Source: Paramecium tetraurelia
Taxonomy: Eukaryota
Length of the DNA stretch: 64,000 bases
Reading direction: 5' to 3'
Assembly: GCA_000165425.1 (NCBI GenBank)
Contig: CT868008.1
Span: forward strand, 310,001-374,000
Part shown: positions 1 to 10,426 of the stretch, one piece after another
How positions within the stretch are numbered: the stretch's first letter is position 1
How the letters are laid out: every line of letters starts with the position of its first letter
The notes under the pieces: model-generated
Database searches by the model: none
What the model was told of the DNA's origin: nothing
Seen by the model: the letters and a program-made list of their open reading frames with translations, nothing else
Translations under genes and position numbers: made by a program

Positions 1-1
1 A

Positions 2-1079
2 TAGAATGCATATAATTATGATGCTTGGTTCGATTTAGCCAATTTAGAAATGAGTACTAAAGATGTTAATAGAATAAGAGATTCTTTTGAAGCTGCTATT
101 AAAAATGTCCCTCCAGGAAATGAAAAAAGATTTTGGAGAAGATACATATATTTGTGGTATAATTATGCTGTTTTTGAAGAATTAGAAGCAAATAATATTT
201 AAAAGGCTATTGAAATATTTGAAAGAGCTATTTAATTGGTTCCACACCAATAATTTACATTCTCTAAATTATGGATTTTATATGCTTAATTATTAGTAAG
301 AAGTAAAGATATTGATAAAATGAGAAAGGTTTATGGTTTGGCTATTGGATTCTGTCCAAATATAAAGATATTCCAGGAATACATCCAAATTGAATTGCAA
401 TTAGCTAATATTGACAGAGCTAGAATATTATACTAGAGGTTTATTGAAATATTCCCAGATAATCCCATTCCTTGGATTAAATTTGCAGAGTTTGAAAATG
501 ATTTAGAAGAATATGAAAGATCAGAAATGATATTTGAATTAGCATTGTAGAATAATCAAATGAACATGCCAGAAACTATATGGAGAGCATATATTGATAA
601 TTAAATTAAGTTGTAGAATTATGAAAAGGTCAGAGAGTTATATGAAAAACTACTTGAAAGATCCAAACATGTCAAAATTTGGATCAGTTATGCTTAATTT
701 GAGTTATCAATCAAGAATATTACTGGATTTAGAGCAGTTATGCAGAGGGGAGAGAAATGCTATATAGGAAAACCAGAACTCAAAGAAGAAAGAGCCATAT
801 TGTTAGAATAATGGAAGGATATGGAAATAGAAATTGGAGATGAGCAGGAAATAAAGAAGATTAGTGATAAACAACCTACTAAAACAATCAAGAAGAGAAA
901 AATCAAATTATTGGGAGATGAAAGTGAAGACTTTGGTATCTATTTATATTTTATTATTAGGTTATGAGGAATATTATGATTATATTTTCCCAGAAGAGAA
1001 TCCTCAATAGAAAAATCTGGGAATGCTCTTAAATAATGCTAAGTTATGGAAATAATAATAAGAATAAAGAAATGGATGA
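2..1079 (+). CDS. CRNKL1: Crooked neck / Clf1 pre-mRNA splicing factor (HAT repeats), 3' part; 5' end lies outside the window
   Basis: Table-6 translation NAYNYDAWFDLANLE...FEAAIKNVPPGNEKRFWRRYIYLWYNYAVFEELE...FTFSKLWILYAQ...HVKIWISYAQFE...GYEEYYDYIFPEE. 25-nt intron 936-960; TGA at 1077-1079. Confidence 0.95.
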
Positions 1080-1105
1080 TATCTTTAGTATTTTATATTA
1101 TATAA

Positions 1106-2858
1106 ATGATAATTTACAAATTGCTATATGCAATCGTAATATTCTCATTCCTATACATAATAATGGCGTCGATTTGTGATTATCATGATTCCAACCAGAA
1201 GAAACTAAAAACACATTATGTGCCTCTGTTACAAACCTTTATGATGGATAATACTAACTATAGCAAATTCAAATAAGCATATAATGTATGATTGTAATGA
1301 TTGTAAGGAAAGTAGTCTGAACATGATAGAAGAGCCAAGTTATTGTATTGAATCGGACACATTGGTAAGGTATATATAAATATTCTAAGAAACTTTTGCA
1401 TCCAGATATCCTCTTGGAGGATAAATACATAGTGAGAGAGCTTGACAGAGGGAATCTACAAAGAGAAATAATAAAAAAGAGAATGTTCGATTCAATCTAG
1501 AATTTATCTCCTTTAAATAGTAAGCAATAATAATAGGATTAGAGCCTTAAACCAAATTTTAACACCGTGTACCTCCTTAACTTTCTTATTTTTACACTTA
1601 CAAACCGAGATTACAGGATAATTATTACTTAGGTCAAGGATTGGGATGCATGTTTTAAAAATTTAATCATATCCCAGGCTTGTATAGTTTAGCAAGTAAG
1701 AATAGTTTAATTTACAATTATGCAAAATATATATATGATATGAAGATGAGGAATGTGAGTAAGCAATGTATTTAAAATGCTTCTTATGTGCCGCATACTT
1801 TGAGATTGAATGTCAAATAGGAATGCTAATAATTCTTTAAGAAATTAACCCAATTACAAAATGATTATAAGAACAATGTTAAAATGTATAATGGTCCAGA
1901 ATATTTGTTAAAAACTGATGAGCATCGTGGAGAAGGAATCAGATTATTGTTTTAAAGTCAAATGGAAAATATCACTGAAGTGTATCAGAATGGAGAAAAG
2001 TGTGGGAACATTACAGAGAAGATAGTGGCACAAAAATATATAAATAGACCGTTCTTATATAAGGGACACAAAATAGAGTTTAGAATATATATATATTTGG
2101 CAAGCAGCAATCCATTATAATTGTACGTCTACAGGAGAGCATTGATAAAGAGATGTGCTAATGAATATAATCCATTGTCTGAATAAATACCTGCGCATAT
2201 TTGTAATACGGCAGTCACAGAGAAAACTCATAAAAATTAAACAAATCAGGGCGAGGGTGGTCTTGAATCAGAGGATGAAGAAATGTTTATTGATTGGAAT
2301 CTTGAAGGAATTGAAGAGTTACTTATTGAATAAGGAAGAATAAGTAAAAAACAAAGATGGCTTCAGGAATACCTGTATCCTAGGATTTACTCTAAAATTA
2401 TTCACACCATCAGGAGTGGACAATATAGTTTCTATAAAGATTCGAGGTTCTCAGAATTCTTGGCTATCGATTTCTTATTGGATTATGAACTAGATATCTG
2501 GTTATTAGAAATCAATTATAATCCATAAATTTTGAGTGTTACCCCTGATCGTATCAAAAGGAATTACAAAATGATTGAGGATACTGTGGAAATAGCATTT
2601 GCTTATTTGAAGTCCAAATACAAACGAATCAAAGAATTCATACAATAAGAATTATATAATTATAAGCACAGTGGTAATAGAATTAGATAGGTTGACTTCA
2701 AAAATAAATTCGGTAATAAGTTTAATCAATTGTTGGAGGATACTTCTATTGAATAAGAGTTCAGTATTTCACCTGATAATTTATACACTCACATAATTGA
2801 TGAGAGTAAGAGTGGTAAAGATAAATATTTCAATTTGATTGAGGAGGAATGTCTCTGA
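1106..2858 (+). CDS. Tubulin-tyrosine-ligase-like (TTL/ATP-grasp) protein with an N-terminal hydrophobic segment
   Basis: Motifs YLLKTDEHRGEGIRL, IVAQKYINRPFLYKGHKIEFRIY, AHICNT and SEFLAIDFLLDYELDIWLLEINYNPQ. N-terminus MIIYKLLYAIVIFSFLYIIMASIC. Several short introns in the 5' half were not mapped exactly. Confidence 0.85.
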
Positions 2859-3003
2859 TATTTAATGTACATTAATATTTCCATTAAAATTAAATGATAT
2901 TATTCGCCTTACACACAATTCTTAGTACATCCTAATCAATCATCAGAATTATTAAGATAATTATTTTATATAAAGAGCTGATTAATAATCTTAACACATT
3001 TTA

Positions 3004-4862
3004 ATGTCTGAAATTTTGATGGAAATATTAGAAAAGGTGGATCAAGAAGAATGCACCAATGAATTACAAATAATCAGAGAATTTAACAATGTCATTCATC
3101 TTAAAGTATATTAGCAACATGTTTATAATTTCTGTGGTTATCATGCAACTTATAATATCTTACAATTACTTAACCATTTTCATTAAAAGAAGTGCTATCT
3201 ATATCATTCAGTTTCATTTTGGAAATATGTTAAGTTCGTCTAGAATTATCTAAAATTATACAGAACCAAACATAATATCAATCATGAACCTTGGAGTAAT
3301 CATGATATAGAGCACGGAGATTTTGAAAGATGTTATTTAAAGCCTTGGAAAGAACTTTATCATGATGTTATTGTGATATAGTATTAATTTGGAAGAATTG
3401 TCAATGGTTTGAAGGAGAAAGAATAGATAATACATTCTATCTAACAATTTATAAATTACGATTAAGTTGCTCCATTAATATAAGTTTATATGCTAGGGAT
3501 TACTTTTCATTGGGTTTCCTTTGTGGCTGTTAAAACTAAAAGTAAAACCAAATTCTATTTTATGGATTCAAAAAATATTGATTATTGTGAATGGAAGGAG
3601 TAAATCAAATACAAGAATACTTAAATGACATCAATAATTAAAGAATTAAGGTTGGTAGAATCCCTTATAAACCTTATGAGTTAGATATGTATTTATAGGG
3701 AATTCTTGATTTACAAGAATTAATCAAATTAATGGATTAAGCTTTAAGAGGCGAATTAAATTTTGCAGAATATTTGTGTGATTCCTCTACATTGATGTAT
3801 GTAAGACCTTTATATGAATTATTTGGAATGTCAGAATAACAATTTTTGGATGCAAACCCAGCAGAAATTAATTAAGACATAATTATCGTATGGGCTTAAG
3901 AATATAAAAACACGATATTTTCAGTCTTAAAGGAGGTATCTATTCTTTTTGATAGATCCAGAAAATTGTTAACTTAAGTTAATAAAATCACATCACATAT
4001 TCATTCTATAATAGGATAATAGGAGGTTCACGATCCTTTTTAATAGTGCCATGATGTAATTTAAGGGTTAGTAGAGAGTTTCAAATATGAGTGGAGTTAT
4101 CACCCAAAAGAAAAATAAATTAATTTATATTTCGAAGATGCTTCTAAATGTGAACACATCTCTTACATCACTTATGTAATGAAGGCGTATTTTAGAGAAT
4201 TTGTAACAAAATAGCATCACTATCATATCAGGATATAATTCTATGAAAATATATTTCATCCTCAAGGAGGTGGGTAACCTGATGACGTTGGTTCCATCAT
4301 TATTGGGGATAAGGAATTCATAATCAAAAATATGTATAATGATAGGCAGCATCAAGAGAGTTATGTGGATATCGAATTTTCTTAAGAAGCTTACGATCTT
4401 TTATTGGATTGTAGAACAAAAAAAACTCCTATTTTATAGAAAGTAAACCCAGAAGTAAGACTTATTCATTCCTAACTGCATTCTGCTGGACATTTATTAA
4501 AGGAGGAACTTATAAAGTTAGGCAAGGGATTGAAGTATATAAAGGGAATGCATTTTCAAAAAGAATCTTATATTCTATTAGAAGGGGAATTTGAAATTCC
4601 TATAGAATAAATACCAAGAGAGTTCTAGTTTTAGGATCTTTAGTTATCAATATGTTACTACACACACAATAAAGTATTTGAGATTTTAGGATATGTCCCT
4701 GAATTTGTGGAATTCTCTGAAATGGTTAGATGGATTAAACTAAGGGATTAAGACATCGGATTTCCTTGCTATGGAACACATACAGTAAAAGGGTTAGACA
4801 AAATTTAGATCACCAATATTCTGAAAAATAATAACTAATTTACAATATTTTATAATTTGTGA
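3004..4862 (+). CDS. Putative papain/Josephin-like cysteine peptidase fused to an AlaX-type aminoacyl-tRNA editing domain (apparent frameshift at ~3601)
   Basis: N-part: QQHVYNFCGYHATYNILQ (Cys 3133), LGITFHWVSFVAVK (His 3508), YFMDSKN (Asp 3565). From 3603 a TGA-free frame runs to 4862 and contains LYFED, IFHPQGGGQPDDVG, LHSAGHLL and FPCYGTHT. Confidence 0.72.
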
Positions 4863-4944
4863 AAATAAAATCCCATTCGTATTCTTTTATAATCTGACGA
4901 GCAAATTCTACATTTAAAGTCAAATGTCAATATTAATAAATATA

Positions 4945-6299
4945 ATGGAAAACTTACATCCTGCTGAAGAAATCGTTAGAAACATTCTTGACAATATTGA
5001 ATAGCATCATAAGTTTATAGATTTTGTTAATACAAATTCTAATAAATCAAAATAAGGAGTCTGGATTAAGTAATATCATAAGGGAGAAGAAATTAAAGCT
5101 ATCACTTAAAATACAATAAGAATAGTAGAATTGCAAAATGAATATGTTCCAAATAAACAACAGTTCCATCATATTTTGGTTCATAAATAATTTGTTCCAA
5201 ATCTGTGTGGTTACCATGCTACCTATAACTTAATATAATGTGTTTAGAGTATCAAATATAAGTAAATGTGTAATTATATTCTCAGAATCTCACCTTAGTT
5301 TTATGATATAGCAGCATTTTGGTCCTATGTTCGTCGAACTTAAGATTTTCTAAAATTATACAGAGACTCACGAGGTTTAGATGGTTCAGTCTGGCCATGG
5401 AGGAATGACGATATAGAAAATGGAGACTTTGAAAGAACATACTTGAAATGCTGTTTAGAGTCTAAACCACTTTTTAAATAAACATTTTAAAATGAAGTCT
5501 TTGACGGAATTAAGTACTTTATTACTAATGATACTATATTCTATTAATATGGTAATATAGTTAATGGATACAATGAACGTTTGGCTTTATAAAAGTATAG
5601 TATTATTCATAATTTAGAAAATTCAATTTATTTTAAGAGTTTAGGCCTTCCTAGAGTGAAGAAATGATTTAAACATATATGCTTGGTGTAACCAACCATT
5701 GGATTTCCTTTGTTGCAGTTAAAAGCATTAGAGGAATTCAATTTATTGTAATGGACTCAAGGAATCGAGATTTCTTCCTGTGGAATTAATAATAAATCAG
5801 GGATTTTCTATAGTAAGATTAATTGGATCGTCCAAAAAGAGGATAGAAACCATTAAGTTAATTTTATTTGGATCTTTATGAATAAGGGATGAAGGATTTA
5901 CAATAATTGATCACTCTTTTAATATCATGGCTAACAGGGCAATCAAAATTAGAAGCCTATGTGAGTAACTAGAAAATATTAGTGTTTTTGAATCCTTTGG
6001 TTGAACTACTTGAAATCTCTTAGTAATAATATATCAATCTGAAATTTACTAATGAAAAAGCTGATGAACTCTATTAAATATTGGCTTTATGGTCAGATTA
6101 ATATCGGATAACAGTTCGAGAATACATAGGAAATGCAACATAAATAACTTAATTAAATAAAATACTATTTGTAAAGGCTTTGGAATTGACCAAGTGTGCA
6201 TTGGACTATCAAACAAAGAGAGGATTGTGGAATCAACAAAAGTAATCATCTCTGCATCGAATGCTAGAATATTTATAATTAGTTTATAAATCTTTATGA
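4945..6299 (+). CDS. Putative papain/Josephin-like cysteine peptidase; tandem paralog of the N-terminal part of 3004-4862
   Basis: KQFVPNLCGYHATYNLIQ, WPWRNDDIENGDFERTYLK, MLGVTNHWISFVAVK and FIVMDSRN align block by block with the upstream gene. Introns 5262-5285 and 5595-5617; TGA at 6297-6299. Confidence 0.8.
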
Positions 6300-6334
6300 A
6301 TAGTATACTTGTATATAAGTAAGCTTAATATATA

Positions 6335-6904
6335 TCATTTTCTTTTGAGTTAGTCGATTTCTTTTTTCAAGAATTGAATTAATTCTTTTTGTTATTATCT
6401 GATTGATTCACTTTTAAGAAAGTTTTCCTTAAATTTTTCATTCTCTAACAATTATTGTTTTAATTGTGTGATTGATGCTTAGGCCTTTTTAAATTTTTTC
6501 GACAATTATTTAACTTCTTATTGAAGTTCTGAATTTTTCTGCTTTTCTAAAATCAAGGCTTTAGCATTAATTTATTCTTGGGAAACTTTCTTTAAGCTTT
6601 TTTTTTGTTCAATTGACAATTTTTTGTGTTTAGATGACGTGGCTCTAATGCGAGTAGATTTTCTTTGTGTTTGCTTAAATGGAGTGAAATCCTCATCAGT
6701 ATCTTTAACACCTAAAGTTGGGAATGCTCTTTCAATGATTGATTGTTATGAACCAAGTTGGTTATCATTATTTCGTTGTAAGTGGGATTCAAGGGATGAT
6801 ATTTTGTTATTGGGTATATCTCGTAGATCACAACTTTACGTTAATTGTTGGAGTTCTTAATCTAGAAGTGAGTTGAGGAAATTTAATTTGTTTTGAGTAA
6901 TCAT
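6335..6904 (-). CDS. Hypothetical protein with C-terminal coiled coil (~189 aa)
   Basis: Intronless table-6 ORF MITQNKLNFLNSLLDQELQQL...ENFLKSESIRQQQKELIQFLKKEIDQLKRK*. Confidence 0.75.
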
Positions 6905-6924
6905 TATTAAAAATAAAAACGGAT

Positions 6925-7933
6925 ATGAAGCTGATTTCTTTCTGTCTTATAGGTCTTGTTATGTCCAATAACATCATGCTCTAAACAGCAAATCATTCAG
7001 CCTTTTAGGAGGTGTTTGGATAATTTGCATAATCAAGCGATTTCGGAAATAAATTATTTGGAGAGCTTTCAGCATTCATTCAAAAAGGAGCAACACTCTA
7101 AGATTTGAATGACCATGTCGAAGAATTAAGAAAACATTTAGCCGATGATTAAGCAGAAGATGAAAAATATTTCAATGAATAACAATAATCTCTTGAATCT
7201 GGATTAGAAGGTTTAGTAAATGAAGTACAAGAATTAAAGGAAGCAGTGGACACAGCTGCAAAGAAGATTTCAGTTTTGAATCATTAACAATAGATCATTG
7301 ATAATCTCTTCTCTTAAGATTAAGCAGCATATTAAAAAAGACTTGCCAATTAAAATGTTATACTTGAAACAATATCTCTTTTGGTTGAGAGAGTTCACGC
7401 ACTTTCATTAGATGGTCATAGTCTTATTGAAATGGATAATCTTCTTGAGGAAATCAAATAATTAGGTAGAGGAAAACATGTAGAAGTCTTGGCTCAAGTA
7501 TTTTGCTAATCAAATGTAGATAACTGCTCATTTAGATACTGAATAAGCGGAAAAGGTTTTGAATCTTTTAGAAAGTCTTAACAAGGCAGTGCTCGCTAGT
7601 TTAGAAGCTGATGAAGCCAAAGAACAAGAGAATATTAGATTGTACAATAAATTGACTGGAGAGATAAATGCGTATTTATTTTTATGATGTAGTTCTCTTT
7701 CAGAAGCTTAGAGACACTACTAGCAATTGGAGGTTCATTTTGAACAAAAAGATTATGAACTTAGTGTCGGTAAGGAAGGTGTGAAAGATGTAGGACTAAA
7801 GTTATAAGATAGAAATGATTCTAGGTATTGTATATCATAATTAAATAGACAATTCATATTGGATAGAGTTTAGGAAGCACAACAATTATTAAATGATAAT
7901 ATAGATAGAATAGCAAGATGGTCATAAGAATGA
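6925..7933 (+). CDS. Trichocyst matrix protein (TMP/Grl)-like secretory precursor
   Basis: Signal peptide MKLISFCLIGLVMS, then SDFGNKLFGELSAFIQKG...VEELRKHLADDQAEDEKYF, acidic heptad repeats and a central SLIE motif. Short introns present (e.g. ~7825-7848). Confidence 0.65.
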
Positions 7934-7963
7934 TTTATATATAAATATTATCTGCCTAAGTAT

Positions 7964-8530
7964 TCAACTCCTTTATTAATCTTATAATTCTTTAAATTTC
8001 TGCTCCAATGCTTCTTCTTTGACTTTCAATTTTTATAATTCTAGATCTTTCTCAGCCAATTTCTTTTTTAAGTCTAAATTCTCTTTGCTCAATTACTAAA
8101 TCATTTACTATTGATTGGTCTAACTATTATTACTATACATTACTGGGATTGTGCTTTGAGGTTTAATATTAGGTTGAGGCATTGTTCTGGTATAAGGCTT
8201 ATTAGGAATTACAGTTTATGGATTCTATCCCTTTGGAGGTGCATTGTTGGACAGACTTCCTTACACTCTTTGAGGTGGAGGATTTGAGGGTACGGCTTTT
8301 CCTGTGATTCGAGCTTGAGGTGTCTGTGCTCTTTGATTTGGGTTTTGAGTAGGGATTGGAGCTCTTTGACTTATGGGCAGAGAAGGTTGAGGACGATAAG
8401 TATTTTACTAAACGAAGGGGTTTACGAAACTCATTGTAGGTGAGGATGTTTGATAAAATGGGCGAGGCATAACTGGAGAATTGGGGACACCTTTGAATAA
8501 TGGATATCTTTAGGGTGTTGTTAGGTACAT
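7964..8530 (-). CDS. Hypothetical Pro/Gln-rich protein with C-terminal coiled coil
   Basis: MYLTTPQRYPLFKGVPNSPVMPRPF...QQLSKENLDLKKKLAEKDLELQKLKVKEEALEQKFKEL; single open frame. Confidence 0.75.
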
Positions 8531-8634
8531 TAATATTTTATTTATATATTAATTTATGAGATTGATGGATGGAACACACAATTCTTATTTTGTTATCATT
8601 ATATTTTATTTTAATTTTTACATGCATATTTAAG

Positions 8635-9578
8635 TCATGAAATCAACAATTGTTAGACACCTTTCTTTTTGTCACCCATTTCTCTTTTTTATAAGGCACT
8701 TTTTATTAAATTTGTCTTCTCGAACATATCCTTTCCTGCTATTTCGAATCTATATTTATTATGATGAATTCATTACTTGATGTCACTGTCGCTGCTCTAA
8801 CATTCTAGTAAACATGTTTCTATAAATTTAATAAAAAACAAAGGAGCTTGCAATTTAAACTATTCATAGCTGTAGAATTCAGGAAGTGGAGTTATTCCAT
8901 CACTCCTCTGTTTCCATTATAATTAGAATACACAATTGTCTTCGGTTATTTATAATTTAATCACTGCTAATTTGTCATCTTAATTTGCGTAATGTTAGGT
9001 TACTTTTCTATAAAAATGATAAATAAAATTTACTAAGTTAATTCCTATTGTTTTTACGAGATTATACTACCAGTTTTATGATTCTGTTAATGCATATTGA
9101 CAATCAGCGAGGTTTACAGATTTGAAATTACATTATTTTAATTGGAATTCTGAGGCGTTTAGTTTTCATTGCAAATAAGAATGTTATTATTATTTGAAGC
9201 ACTAAGAGTGTGGTTGTTATTGCCATTCTCTAATTGACTTTACGACAAGGTTTCGCTAATTTCTGATTACTTTTAATCTACTTTTTCTGTCTTTTTATCC
9301 TTTTTGTTTGGATCAGGAGGTCTCGGTCCAGCAACTCTTTTTATTGCAGTTCTAGGCTAAGCTTATGCCGTTATTTATCTGATTTCATCAAGTTTCTTGT
9401 CATCATATCTTTCTCCTGTCAAACAGAAATAGTTGAAATCTTCAATTAGTTCTTTGTACTTTTTTACATTATCTTCAACTTCCCATGTCGTTTCATCAAA
9501 ACCCTTCCATTTCACTTAATATTTCAATTAGCCATTTATATGTTGTTTCTTAATGATCTTCTCAGGTTCTTTCATCAT
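8635..9578 (-). CDS. Chromodomain protein with a C-terminal chromo-shadow-like domain (HP1-like)
   Basis: EPEKIIKKQHINGQLKYQVKWKGFDETTWEVEDNV...LIEDF (chromodomain), a low-complexity hinge, then FQLQWKQRSDGITPLPEFYSYEQFKLQAPLFFIKFIETCL (shadow-like). Two short introns. Confidence 0.8.
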
Positions 9579-9676
9579 TTTTTATTTTTATGTTTCGAAT
9601 GCAAGGCTGCACCTTTAATATGCCAAATATCACCAGGAAAATTAATACAATCTAATATTAAAATTTTATTATCTTA

Positions 9677-10387
9677 ATGGCTCAATTATTAGGAATTATT
9701 TAAGAATCGCATAAAGATCAATTATAAGATTTAATTTCATAGATTCACTCTACCAATAGATTAGTATAATAAAAAGGGAATGTACTTAAAAAAAGAAGGG
9801 ATACACTTCTTACAATCCTCAAAGATATAAGAGAAACAGACACAAAATTAGCAGATTCCAAGGTATCTTGCAGTACAGCACTCTACTCTTCGATGAATGA
9901 CGATAGTGATTTGATTCAAAAACTGTATGATGAAATCTCGCATAAAGACTAATAGATTTAGGAATTGAAAGATTAGGTCGACACTCTCACATCTAAATTA
10001 CGGAACTCCCAAGCTTGCAATGAAGAGATGCAATATCAATTACAATAAAAGCAATAGCAACAATATCAAAGGGTGAATAAGCCAAGTTAATCTATTATTA
10101 ATATACTATATACTTAGCGATTGTTCCCTCCGTTCAACCTCGATGTGTTTAACCAATAGGTAATAATAATATTGGTTCAGACTCTGTCCACAAATTCAAG
10201 TATTTCAATAGAGAATCCAAAATCAAAAGAGGATATGCAAAAAATGATTAGAAGAATTTCAATGCAAGCTGCTGCTTCTGCCCATATCCTGGCAGTCAAA
10301 GGGGATTATACTTCATTACAAGTTGCTCATGAGGAAATGCTGAGTTAGAAGAGTCTTGGATCCTAAAAGTCATTGTCTTTTAAGTGA
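9677..10387 (+). CDS. Hypothetical coiled-coil protein
   Basis: MAQLLGIIQESHKDQLQDLISQ...LIQKLYDEISHKDQQIQELKDQVDTL...; introns near 10086-10117 and 10160-10180; TGA at 10385-10387. Confidence 0.6.
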
Positions 10388-10426
10388 ATTATCATATTGT
10401 ATAATATTATAAAATAAGATAAAGAA

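Noticed and set aside
2894..3018. Upstream ATG as the start of the peptidase gene
   Set aside because: That frame hits TGA after ~41 codons and is out of frame with the conserved motifs; ATG 3004 fits.
3595..3610. Euplotes-type programmed frameshifting as a general mechanism in this window
   Set aside because: TAA/TAG are read as Gln throughout, and the other two frameshifts (18360, 57295) have no stop-codon context.
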